A stretch of DNA of 64,000 nt from a virus. Lineage: Duplodnaviria; Heunggongvirae; Uroviricota; Caudoviricetes. The stretch's first letter is position 1. The number at the start of each line of letters is the position of its first letter. Shown piece by piece: positions 1 to 9,334 of this stretch. The DNA lies in the IMG/VR virus record IMGVR_UViG_3300021399_000141; one strand, 5' to 3'. A program made the position numbers and the translations under genes. A model generated the notes under the pieces. It was not told the DNA's origin. It searched no databases and saw only the letters and a program-made list of their open reading frames with translations.

Positions 1-110
1 GTGCAGGATCAGGAACTGTTGTTCAGACAAAGATAAAAGAATGTTTGCGTCTTTTTTGGCTAGGATGTAATCGTAGCGTTTTAGTTCTTTATTAGTCATG
101 TTTGTTCAGT

Positions 111-641
111 TTACTTATTTTTTTTTTTCGCGAGTTTTTTGTGACTAATCATGTCTTTCAGTTCTTTGCGTAATATGTCGGAAGAGGAACCTTTGGGCAT
201 CAGTGGGCTGTACTCATCTGGGTTGAATGATGGGCAACAGGTCAGATTGACACATTTTATCTGGCTCAGGTTCATGATACCATCTTCGCCTTGCTGACCT
301 AATCCGCATATACCTCCCCAGAGAGGAATATCATGATCCATCAGTTGTTTGACCATATTACCTTCTTTGGTGTCCAGTACCTCGATGTCGACGGAAATGC
401 CTTCATCTGATAGTTTGGCATTTTTGACTTGATGGGATATGCATTCGATAGGTACGTTTCCGGTAGCTTCCACTGACGGGAAATGACGGGTCTCCAAGCA
501 CCCGTACATCTCACCTTTGGATACATTTTCTTTGAATTTATCAAATGCCTCTACGACACTTTCTTTAGTGTACACCCTATCATTGATAGAGGATTGATTG
601 TTAAAGGGTAAAATGACACCCTTGAGTGTATACTTTGCCAT
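111..641 (-). CDS. putative prohead (head maturation) protease, HK97-family-like
   Basis: N-terminus LKGVILPFNNQSSINDRVYTKESVVEAF resembles conserved S78 prohead protease N-terminal block; ORF track. Confidence 0.4.
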   Translation of the reverse strand: MAKYTLKGVILPFNNQSSINDRVYTKESVVEAFDKFKENVSKGEMYGCLETRHFPSVEATGNVPIECISHQVKNAKLSDEGISVDIEVLDTKEGNMVKQLMDHDIPLWGGICGLGQQGEDGIMNLSQIKCVNLTCCPSFNPDEYSPLMPKGSSSDILRKELKDMISHKKLAKKKNK

Positions 642-783
642 GATATAATATATATATTTATTCAGCTTATTTTAGGCCAGACATATGTCACATCCTTTTT
701 TGGGCAATGATAATGTTCGCCCCATATCCATATGACATGATGTTTCTCACAACAGTACGGACAATATTGAAGTCGTATTTGCG

Positions 784-1047
784 TTAGGACTGACATAGTT
801 CTTTGCTAATCTTCATCGTAACTGATAACAGTTCGTATGTTGGTTGGGACTTGCGCAGGACATCGTTGTCGTAGGTAAGAATATCGTAGGCGGTTGCCGA
901 TTTCAACCAAGTCATTGCTTCTTTTTTGCTATCGAAGAAGTGTGCTTTGTTAAACTTGTCAGAGAAGGTATCGGGGTCTTTTGCCAAGTAATCCCGACGT
1001 CCTTTGACAATTCGAGATATGGTGTACAGTGTGTAATCTTTTTTCAT
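784..1047 (-). CDS. hypothetical protein (start moved to internal MKKDYT)
   Basis: ORF track 784..1179; start trimmed to abut neighbour. Confidence 0.35.
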   Translation of the reverse strand: MKKDYTLYTISRIVKGRRDYLAKDPDTFSDKFNKAHFFDSKKEAMTWLKSATAYDILTYDNDVLRKSQPTYELLSVTMKISKELCQS

Positions 1048-1048
1048 A

Positions 1049-1336
1049 CTATTTGGAATTTTTAAGTTCACGCCTTCTACGTTCTGCACAGTATTTGCAA
1101 TTGCCTTTATGAGACAAATATCCATAACCTTGATATGACCCATATTGTCTACTACCAATAAGGTACTCGCAACTATCAATAATTACAACCCTAACATTAA
1201 GATCATCATATACTCTATATACATCATTTGTTTTTTCAACTTTATGATATACATTAGTATCAGGTCGTTGTTCACTGCAAGAAATCATTGTGAACAAAAC
1301 TGCGATTAAAAACAAAATCTTTTTCATATTATTCAT
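1049..1336 (-). CDS. putative lipoprotein
   Basis: MNNMKKILFLIAVLFTMISCSEQ signal peptide with lipobox Cys; ORF track 1049..1585 trimmed. Confidence 0.45.
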   Translation of the reverse strand: MNNMKKILFLIAVLFTMISCSEQRPDTNVYHKVEKTNDVYRVYDDLNVRVVIIDSCEYLIGSRQYGSYQGYGYLSHKGNCKYCAERRRRELKNSK

Positions 1337-1403
1337 CCATTTTATGTGATCGATATGAGCGTTCAGATGCTCTTTTGATATGTCTTTGTAGTCAAACATA
1401 GGA

Positions 1404-1976
1404 TTACTTGTTAAATTCGTTGTATGTCTTTTTGAGGATCTCTTCGTGAAGAACAAAATCCTCTTTAATACCTTTCGATTCACACTCCGCCAATTTTTCA
1501 AAAATGAAATCAATGAAGTATTTGGTGTCCAGATGCATCTTAGCTGTCCTGAGCTTATTGAATACATACTCATACTCACCGGCATATGTGAACTTGTCTC
1601 CTAGATATGCTTTTCCTGCTCCTATCCAGTCACAGATAAGCTCTACGACATACTTATACGGCATTCTGATGCAAGTAGTGCCTATGTCGTAGTTATCCGT
1701 CCAGTACTCGTAGTGGTGTGGATTGCGGCCTTTGTGATGCTGCCATGCGATTGAGTAACCTTTATCAGCCTTGGATGCATTGATGGGTGAACTGTCTCCT
1801 TGGTAGTACTTAACCGACTCCCAAAACTCCGTAGGAGAGAACTTGGACAAATCATGTGTGATGCCTTGCCAGTACAGCCCACATTTGAAACAGTACTTGG
1901 CTACCCAGTACTTGTGTGTGCAAATCTTATTGAAATGATGCACCGTATTTGCAATCGTTGTTTTTATATCACTCAT
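1404..1976 (-). CDS. hypothetical protein with N-terminal Cys/His cluster
   Basis: ORF track 1404..2042; start at MSDIKTT after A/T-rich promoter-like region. Confidence 0.4.
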   Translation of the reverse strand: MSDIKTTIANTVHHFNKICTHKYWVAKYCFKCGLYWQGITHDLSKFSPTEFWESVKYYQGDSSPINASKADKGYSIAWQHHKGRNPHHYEYWTDNYDIGTTCIRMPYKYVVELICDWIGAGKAYLGDKFTYAGEYEYVFNKLRTAKMHLDTKYFIDFIFEKLAECESKGIKEDFVLHEEILKKTYNEFNK

Positions 1977-2020
1977 AATTATATATATATGAAATGTCGA
2001 TCGCAATTTTAATGAAATCC

Positions 2021-2425
2021 TTATTTTATAAAGGCTTCCCACTCTTTATCAGCCTCAGATTTGAAGTCCGACCATTCAATATCCTTTTCAACAGAAGTTT
2101 TTTCAAAGGCTTTTTTTGCACTGTTGATGAATGAATGCTCCGCTTCTTTTGCGCCTTTGTGAAATAATTGGTCTGCTATAGCAAAACCTTCTTTAAGACG
2201 ATCCATACTGTATCTTTGTGATTGTTCGGATGTAGGGGTTTTCAATTCCAACCCAGTAAAGTCATCTATACCTCCGTCATTAAATTTGACAGTGTACACC
2301 GTTACTGGACTCGAACCGAAATGCGGTGGGGTCACCCTGATGATCTGCCCCATCTCACCCCCATAGAACTCGATACTGGGTTTGACTATCACCCAATCTC
2401 CTTTTTTGTACTTTGGTTTACTCAT
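2021..2425 (-). CDS. hypothetical protein
   Basis: ORF track, 134 aa, 4-bp overlap with next gene. Confidence 0.45.
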   Translation of the reverse strand: MSKPKYKKGDWVIVKPSIEFYGGEMGQIIRVTPPHFGSSPVTVYTVKFNDGGIDDFTGLELKTPTSEQSQRYSMDRLKEGFAIADQLFHKGAKEAEHSFINSAKKAFEKTSVEKDIEWSDFKSEADKEWEAFIK

Positions 2426-3189
2426 ATTCCTAATGGTTCTAATGCAAGTTTAACTGTTTCTTCTCCAAGGATTTCTATTGCTTGTGTAGCGTCTTTTTGT
2501 GTTTTGAATATTGTGAGATTTTCGCCTGTCCCAAAACAATATTCACCTATATGTGGTTTATTTTCAAAATCTCCGCAACACGTTAAGTAAAAAACATGGT
2601 CACCTTTATTTGGTTTCCATCCGTCATTTAAGTATATAGCAACCGTAGCTAGTTTGTTCTTTGCCAGAATGCACTCAAGTTGATGTTCCGTAGTAGCATT
2701 ATTTGCATCTAATAAAAATTGAGATGGGTCTGTACTGGTTACTTTTCCTATCTCTCCATTCACACATATATAGTAGAAATTATTTATGAGAAATAATTTC
2801 TTACAAACATCTTCATAAGTTAGTCGTTTGTCTTTCAAAACAATCTTATTTTGTTTCTTACTCTCATCCCAGTCGATCACTTTTCCATCCGGAATCTCAA
2901 TGGTTAATTCGTTTTCTTTCATATTTGTTTCTGGTATAAAATCCATAATATCATATTCATATTCTTCACTGTAACAATAGCCTTCTATCAGACAAATACA
3001 ACTTTTACCATTTGCCGCATAATCCGAAACATGGTTACCAGATAAAGTATAGGGATAATCATGCGACATTTTTCTTTTCGTATTTCTATGTAATTTAGAA
3101 AAATCGCATTTATTTCCGTTTCTCAATACGAATGTTCCTTTCAATTTACCCGCAAGGACATCTTCGAATAATTGTTTGTTGATTTTCAT
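2422..3189 (-). CDS. hypothetical protein
   Basis: ORF track 255 aa. Confidence 0.5.
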   Translation of the reverse strand: MKINKQLFEDVLAGKLKGTFVLRNGNKCDFSKLHRNTKRKMSHDYPYTLSGNHVSDYAANGKSCICLIEGYCYSEEYEYDIMDFIPETNMKENELTIEIPDGKVIDWDESKKQNKIVLKDKRLTYEDVCKKLFLINNFYYICVNGEIGKVTSTDPSQFLLDANNATTEHQLECILAKNKLATVAIYLNDGWKPNKGDHVFYLTCCGDFENKPHIGEYCFGTGENLTIFKTQKDATQAIEILGEETVKLALEPLGI

Positions 3190-3205
3190 GTTATGTCATA
3201 TTGGA

Positions 3206-3682
3206 TTATTTATCAAAGAAACGACTAGTTTCTTTGTTCATTTGTTTGTATGTTTTAGTCCGACTTTTACGAACATCTTCGTGTGTAGCAAAGATGCCAG
3301 GACCTTTTCGAAAATACATCTTCTTACCATACACAGGTTTCTTTATGCATAGAACACTAGCCTCTATTTCCGTCAGTATAGACAATACTGCGTGTATAGT
3401 AGCTTCATCACGATCTTCATCGTATATGCATATGTTATGGGTGATCTGATTGTCTAGTGAGACTAATGACGTCCACCAGTAACACTCGCCCGGCTCAAGA
3501 TGGTCGCGAAGTATATCGATCACTCGGAACATCATAATAGCTAATTCGTGTTTGGTGCTAGGTATGTATCCGTACACTGTTTTGAAGATATGTTTCATAT
3601 CCTCTACCAGATCCTTGTGTTCGTACCATCCTTTCGCGTAGAGTACTAGATCATTAAAACGCCAATCTTCTAATGGTTTCAT
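3206..3682 (-). CDS. hypothetical protein
   Basis: ORF track 158 aa. Confidence 0.5.
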   Translation of the reverse strand: MKPLEDWRFNDLVLYAKGWYEHKDLVEDMKHIFKTVYGYIPSTKHELAIMMFRVIDILRDHLEPGECYWWTSLVSLDNQITHNICIYDEDRDEATIHAVLSILTEIEASVLCIKKPVYGKKMYFRKGPGIFATHEDVRKSRTKTYKQMNKETSRFFDK

Positions 3683-3827
3683 ATGTTATTCTGTTATATA
3701 ACGTGAATCGATTCTTGGTCCTATCTTGATTGTCTTCACACAGACAGATTATGCTTTGCGCATACAACGGGAATACAAAATATTGCTGATATAAATATCA
3801 GCGCTATGATTGCAGACAGAACAGATA

Positions 3828-4043
3828 TCATATATTATTTGGATTTGAAGGCAAACTGAACCAGATGTCTTGCGGATTAAACTCGCGAGCGTAATCATCA
3901 CCGTCTTCAGTGTCCCAACAATCATACTCTTTATTGTAACATTGGGGACTCCATTGCTTGAGATGTTCGTCCCAGACCATCACGCGTTCGTCTTGTTCGG
4001 GCTCTTTGTCTTCGAGCCTATATAAATCAATGTTTACTTTCAT
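3828..4043 (-). CDS. hypothetical small protein
   Basis: ORF track 71 aa. Confidence 0.35.
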   Translation of the reverse strand: MKVNIDLYRLEDKEPEQDERVMVWDEHLKQWSPQCYNKEYDCWDTEDGDDYAREFNPQDIWFSLPSNPNNI

Positions 4044-4344
4044 GTCTTTGTTTTCTAAATTTAGGAAAGAATTCTTTAGCTACTGTGCTTATCCAGTGTT
4101 CGGGATCGAAGCATAATTGAGGGTCAATCAGTCCTTTTTCATTAAAAAACCAGAACAGATCGAGCATCATCTCGGTAGATGGGTGCGAGTCTGCGTACTC
4201 TGCACCAGCCATCCATATAACCCGAGGCGTTCCAGAATGATGAGTAATATACTCTTTGGATGCAATCTTTAACTCTTCTTTTCTTTCGTTAGTCATCATC
4301 CTCTGCAAATTCATCGTAATCGTTTTGATCAAAGGTCCAACCAA
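4027..4344 (-). CDS. hypothetical protein
   Basis: ORF track 105 aa. Confidence 0.4.
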   Translation of the reverse strand: MVGPLIKTITMNLQRMMTNERKEELKIASKEYITHHSGTPRVIWMAGAEYADSHPSTEMMLDLFWFFNEKGLIDPQLCFDPEHWISTVAKEFFPKFRKQRHESKH

Positions 4345-4780
4345 TCACACGCCCGTTCAGAATGCGGAATTGGAGATAATCACCGTATCCAGCATCATCA
4401 ATACTGAAACAATCCGGAACGTATCCTGTGTAACCTGCCAGGAGTTCGCCGTCCTGCTGGTATATTTCGTAACGACCTCTATCTGTCAACTTGTAGTTGT
4501 TGAAATCAAAGTTGATTCCTTCCGGCCAGTTGAGCACTTTGCCTGTACTCAAATCTATGCACAGTTTAAGAGTCTTGGTACCCTCTTTAGGATCCGAGCG
4601 GTAATATGCTGGTTGAATATCTACCAGCTGTGGATAGTCTTTTTCGAAATCGTCGATGTTGGTATACTCTTTACCATTGAACTTGAACGGTTCCTCTTCC
4701 CACCATTCGGCAACGTCACCTAGTAACGCCTTAAGGAACCATCCCGTGGCATCTACCTTCTTTCTTATGTTAAGTTCCAT
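4289..4780 (-). CDS. hypothetical protein
   Basis: ORF track 4289..4828, start at MELNIRKK. Confidence 0.45.
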   Translation of the reverse strand: MELNIRKKVDATGWFLKALLGDVAEWWEEEPFKFNGKEYTNIDDFEKDYPQLVDIQPAYYRSDPKEGTKTLKLCIDLSTGKVLNWPEGINFDFNNYKLTDRGRYEIYQQDGELLAGYTGYVPDCFSIDDAGYGDYLQFRILNGRVIGWTFDQNDYDEFAEDDD

Positions 4781-4957
4781 ATTGATTAGAATATAATTCT
4801 GTGATATACTGGATCCTTTACTCGACACTCCTCACCTTTGAGCATGAATCGCTCGATAGGCATAGGTTTGATTGGTTCTGGAAACTTGGGCTTCATGGGC
4901 GCCTGCATTAAGATTGCTAATAATAAACTTGCCATACTTGTTATTGTTTTTCAATTG

Positions 4958-5215
4958 TTATTTCTGTTTCACCTTTTTCATAAGATACATGTGGCAGTGA
5001 TTCCAGCCGAACTCCACACAGGTCTTGATGACGTCTTCAAACGTAACTCGACCTGGTTCGTCTCGGAACCATCCTTTTTGACCTTCGTGCCATTGATCCA
5101 GTGCGAATGCCTTGGCGCTGTTGAGGTCTTTCATATCCTCATCAAACTGTTTGCTGTTCTTTAAGAGGCGATCTATCTCTTCCTGAAGTTCTTTAGTGAT
5201 AATTGATTCTGCCAT
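4958..5215 (-). CDS. hypothetical protein
   Basis: ORF track 4958..5263; start moved to MAESIITKEL so that promoter motif 5228-5270 is upstream. Confidence 0.45.
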   Translation of the reverse strand: MAESIITKELQEEIDRLLKNSKQFDEDMKDLNSAKAFALDQWHEGQKGWFRDEPGRVTFEDVIKTCVEFGWNHCHMYLMKKVKQK

Positions 5216-5286
5216 ATCCGTTATGTTCTTATATGTATAAATATATAAAAAAAGAGGAAACATTTAGTGATTTCCTCCTGTAAAAT

Positions 5287-5724
5287 TTATTTTCCTAACA
5301 TATATTTTATGCTAGGATCGACTACTAATTTGAGTTCGGTCATCAGATTTCTATTCATGAGTGCTCCTGTTTTCTTGAATGATCGATCTGCAACAGCTAC
5401 GTAGGTGTTTTTTAGTACCCTGTTTCCTATTTTGATGTAGGCACACTTGACAACTGGGCGCGTCACTTTCTCTTTACCAACCTTAGGTTTGATTGTGCCT
5501 TCTACATTCAGGCATTCTTCGTAAAGACCATCTGAAGTGAAAATAGCCTGCACCATAAACTTGACACTATTATTATTTTCTTCTATTATAGAAGCGCCAA
5601 TAGTAGGATATATACCAGAGTTTCCTGTATCCATCGTCGCAGACAGCTGATACCATCGCTCACCATCAAAAGAAATGGTCACAATTTCTTCATAGCCTAC
5701 TCTTTTCTTGAATATTGGTCTCAT
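5287..5724 (-). CDS. hypothetical protein
   Basis: ORF track 145 aa. Confidence 0.5.
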   Translation of the reverse strand: MRPIFKKRVGYEEIVTISFDGERWYQLSATMDTGNSGIYPTIGASIIEENNNSVKFMVQAIFTSDGLYEECLNVEGTIKPKVGKEKVTRPVVKCAYIKIGNRVLKNTYVAVADRSFKKTGALMNRNLMTELKLVVDPSIKYMLGK

Positions 5725-6061
5725 CTTTGATAAATTTATTTAGATAATGTTTTTGAATATACGGTCCCCATAGTGGCCATAACGAAGTGAAGTTATCTGG
5801 GTCATCACCACAATCTTTCAACCACAGTTGGTCATTGGAATGGTTGAAAAACTTGGCGAACAATATCTCAAGATTTTTACTACCAATCAGTATCCATAAG
5901 ATAGGAGTTATGGTGATGATGCCGCAGGTCTCCAGTGCCAAGAAAGATATCAGGGTTGGTATATATATAACCCAGTTAAGAACGGTTGCTACTACATACA
6001 GTAGCCGTTTACATAATCCTTTGAAATAATTCATATCTGTTCGTCTGTTTGTTTTAGCCAA
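5690..6061 (-). CDS. membrane protein
   Basis: ORF track 123 aa with hydrophobic helices. Confidence 0.4.
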   Translation of the reverse strand: MAKTNRRTDMNYFKGLCKRLLYVVATVLNWVIYIPTLISFLALETCGIITITPILWILIGSKNLEILFAKFFNHSNDQLWLKDCGDDPDNFTSLWPLWGPYIQKHYLNKFIKDETNIQEKSRL

Positions 6062-6312
6062 TGTTTGATGATTTCCTGCTCTACTCTACGTTTGATGGAT
6101 TTTTCGTCTTCCATGTACATCAATCCGCAAGTAGAGTCGCGATAGACCATTTCAAATATCTTATCTCCTATACTACCGTATTTGTCGTACTCACGGACTG
6201 ATATAAGTCCCCAACGTAGTCTGAAGTAGGCAACAGGTTTACCAAACAAGTAAATGTCGTACTGTTCTGGGCATTCGCTGCATGTGCAACGCCAATCAAA
6301 TTCTAGTTTCAT
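6031..6312 (-). CDS. hypothetical Cys-containing protein
   Basis: ORF track 93 aa. Confidence 0.4.
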   Translation of the reverse strand: MKLEFDWRCTCSECPEQYDIYLFGKPVAYFRLRWGLISVREYDKYGSIGDKIFEMVYRDSTCGLMYMEDEKSIKRRVEQEIIKHWLKQTDEQI

Positions 6313-6354
6313 ACGTATCGAATTACCTTAAAATAAATGTCTTCGGGTGATGCA

Positions 6355-6951
6355 TCATTCCCACCATCCTCCTATACCAGTACCATCAAACACAGACGTC
6401 CACATGTCGTACGACTCGTGTGGATTAGGCTCTCGTCCGTGTGTCTTTTTGAAATCATCTTTTAACGGTTGGAGCAATGCATCAACGGTATCTCCGTCCT
6501 GTCCTCGCATCAACCGGAAGATCTTTTTGAAATGTTCGTTCACCAGGCCGTCATACAGCTTGTCGTACTCTTCATTGCTGAGTTTCTTTTGTTCTTTAAT
6601 CTTCCAAGCCTCATCCTCGACGTCTCGTTTGAGCTCACTGATAAGAGACTGAATAGCCAAGTACTTCAGATTAGCAGAACGATCTTCCTCATACCCGTTT
6701 TTGATCTGGTCAGCGAGTTGCCCTAACATCATGATATGAGCGTCATTGATATAGGAGTAGTCCCAAGAACGCCATTCCCAAAGGGTTTTCCAGAATACTT
6801 TAAGGTTGTGGAAGAACCACCAGACGTTGTAGTAGGTGTCTCTGATGCCAAACCTCCATGCATCATATTTGAGAAACTCCCATACTGTCCTGCAGATACG
6901 TCTACACCTCAGATATATTTTTCGTGTTCTTTTCATTTTTGTTCTGCTCAC
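6355..6951 (-). CDS. hypothetical protein
   Basis: ORF track 198 aa. Confidence 0.5.
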   Translation of the reverse strand: MSRTKMKRTRKIYLRCRRICRTVWEFLKYDAWRFGIRDTYYNVWWFFHNLKVFWKTLWEWRSWDYSYINDAHIMMLGQLADQIKNGYEEDRSANLKYLAIQSLISELKRDVEDEAWKIKEQKKLSNEEYDKLYDGLVNEHFKKIFRLMRGQDGDTVDALLQPLKDDFKKTHGREPNPHESYDMWTSVFDGTGIGGWWE

Positions 6952-7172
6952 AACTACCTCTTTGACTTTCTTCTAATTTCTTTTTGTCAACAGAGAAATA
7001 ATCGCACTTAAATTCAACAGTACCCAGGTATTCATGATACATACCATCAAGCTTTTTCATAAATGATTGATTTCTATCACAATATGTGGTATTAAGTGCC
7101 CTTAGACAGAATTTACACTGTTCAGGCCAATAGATTTCAGGATTTCCTATCATAGTTTCATTCTTATTTCTT

Positions 7173-7445
7173 TCATTGGTTTATCTGTTGAATCAAATCT
7201 ACGTCTTCGTTAGAAATTTTGATGAGGTGATTTGGTTGTACGCTGACTATGACGAAGTCCGTGCCACACCATATGTCCGTGGTTTCGACCGTAGTCTTTT
7301 GTTCAGTGAAACGAATGACTGTACCTATTCGGCGATCCAGTCCGTGTGAGCTGGTCGCACCGATGATGAGTACCAGGTCTCCTTCTTTAAGACTGCGTCC
7401 GAGCATGTCTAACCCAGGTACGTTTGGAAATTTTAATTCATTCAT
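7173..7445 (-). CDS. hypothetical protein
   Basis: ORF track 90 aa. Confidence 0.45.
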   Translation of the reverse strand: MNELKFPNVPGLDMLGRSLKEGDLVLIIGATSSHGLDRRIGTVIRFTEQKTTVETTDIWCGTDFVIVSVQPNHLIKISNEDVDLIQQINQ

Positions 7446-7451
7446 GTTGAT

Positions 7452-7652
7452 TTATACTTTATTGTAATCGTTGGCGTTTTCGTATACTGTTCTTGCAATA
7501 ATCTTACTCTGAACGAATCTTGAGTCGTACTCCTCCAAATATCTATCCAGTACCTTGAGTGCCTGACTCCTTTGCGTGAATAAGGGTTGTACCAATTCTA
7601 TGATGGTGCCTCTTTCATCCTTGACTAAAATTGTTAACTGATATATTTCCAT
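7452..7652 (-). CDS. hypothetical protein
   Basis: ORF track 66 aa. Confidence 0.4.
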   Translation of the reverse strand: MEIYQLTILVKDERGTIIELVQPLFTQRSQALKVLDRYLEEYDSRFVQSKIIARTVYENANDYNKV

Positions 7653-7657
7653 ATGGG

Positions 7658-8145
7658 TTACAATTTTTCTCCGATAGCCCCTAATATCTTGGTGCCTTCA
7701 TCAGTCTCGGAATAGAAATCCGGATAACGTGAAGCGGTAATACGTATGCCTTTCTCTCCAATAGGACGTTCTCGGCTTGCATCTCTCTTGATACATTCCT
7801 CAATAGGAGTCAGGATGTTTTTGTAGAAAATCTGAACTTCCTTTGAAGTGGCACTTGCTATCATATACAAGATAGTCTTGATCGTTTTGGGGTTCAGGTT
7901 CATGTTATCAATCACTACGCTAATGTCGTGTTCGAACGCCGTGATCAACATAGTGTTCATCACTCGATTCAAGAACGGAATCTTCTCCCGGTCCGGAACC
8001 CAGTAGCAACTCTCACCCCCCATCATTACTCGGAGATCATCCCAGTTGATGCGTATGCGGTGTTCTGGATCTTCTTTTACCCAGTTCTTTGCCCAAGTTG
8101 ATTTGCCGGATCCTTGCAAACCCCGTACTATAACTACTTGTATCA
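7658..8145 (-). CDS. P-loop polynucleotide-kinase-like protein
   Basis: Walker A GLQGSGKSTWA resembling T4 Pnk kinase domain; start moved to MIQVVIVRG (ORF track 7658..8260). Confidence 0.55.
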
Positions 8146-8210
8146 TATGCTTGTTTTGTTTATATAAATATATATGAAAAAAGGTCCTAAAATTTAGGAC
8201 CCTTTCGCAA

Positions 8211-8621
8211 CTAAATAAGGATTTTTTTTTGTGGTAACAAATCCGGATTCTCATACACATTACCTATCACCTCGAAAGTATGGTTGTGTTGATAGAACAT
8301 CTCAACCAGTGAGGCTTTGGAATCATGGACAATGTCATGACTGAAACATAGATAGAACTGACATAGATATTCATGCCATACTATTTGTGCTATAACATTA
8401 CCATCGACAGATACAATGTCCCCTTCGAACATTTGTCTGTCGTTCTTGTCATGGAGTCCGGTACCTATTCCTATTGTGCGAGGATCAACTAGTCGTCCAT
8501 TCACCCAGGTCATATTGCCGTGTATCAGGAGGTTGCCGTATTGCCACGTACCATCATCAGACATGACTTGATCATCACACCAAGCCCTACTGATGACCAT
8601 TCCTCTAAAAACGTATCTCAT
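8211..8621 (-). CDS. hypothetical protein
   Basis: ORF track 136 aa. Confidence 0.45.
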   Translation of the reverse strand: MRYVFRGMVISRAWCDDQVMSDDGTWQYGNLLIHGNMTWVNGRLVDPRTIGIGTGLHDKNDRQMFEGDIVSVDGNVIAQIVWHEYLCQFYLCFSHDIVHDSKASLVEMFYQHNHTFEVIGNVYENPDLLPQKKILI

Positions 8622-8622
8622 A

Positions 8623-8789
8623 TCACTTAATATTGATTACGAGTGCTACACCGAGTGTATTCCAAAAACGTTTCTGCAGTTCTTTTACTGTCGTACATTT
8701 GAATTCGGACATGTACTCTTGAAGTTCTTCATTGGTGGTGATCACTGCTTCACCCTTAGAATCTACGCGAACAGGTTTCATATTTTAAT
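8623..8789 (-). CDS. small hypothetical protein (55 aa, not in ORF track)
   Basis: hand translation MKPVRVDSKGEAVITTNEELQEYMSEFK...; promoter motif at 8838-8875 directly upstream. Confidence 0.3.
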
Positions 8790-8951
8790 ATATATATAGA
8801 TGTATATCTTTCTTCCATATTGTTTATTTCTTTTGTTGTATATATATCTGAAAAACCCATGAATATTTTAGTGATAAACCAATAAAAAATACCCTATTCA
8901 CACGAACCGGGTATTTGTATATAACAAAAATAAAATATAAGATTCAAATGA

Positions 8952-9248
8952 TTATATACTCAACAACTGTTGGAACTCTTTGGCATCCTGAGCCCATATC
9001 TCTATCAGGGTTTGCCCATTGACCTTGAGACACATTCCGCAAGTCTCTTCTTGGGTCCCGTCGGCTCCTTCTACGTATCCATTCCCAAGATACACAAATT
9101 CTATTTTGTTCTCCTGGATAACCTGATGCTGTTGTCCGTTGACTACTACCAACTGTTTGCGTTGTTGGGTCTTGATAAACGAATTACTTTTGCATTCGAA
9201 TCCCTGTTTCAACAGATAATTCTTGATGCTTTCGAAACTTTTGTTCAT
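8952..9248 (-). CDS. hypothetical protein
   Basis: ORF track 98 aa. Confidence 0.45.
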   Translation of the reverse strand: MNKSFESIKNYLLKQGFECKSNSFIKTQQRKQLVVVNGQQHQVIQENKIEFVYLGNGYVEGADGTQEETCGMCLKVNGQTLIEIWAQDAKEFQQLLSI

Positions 9249-9334
9249 TGTTTAATTGTGTTAGATAATAATATATAAGAAGTAGTTGACATATTTATAT
9301 TTCACCCCTTATTATTTTATTGAAATTTTGATAT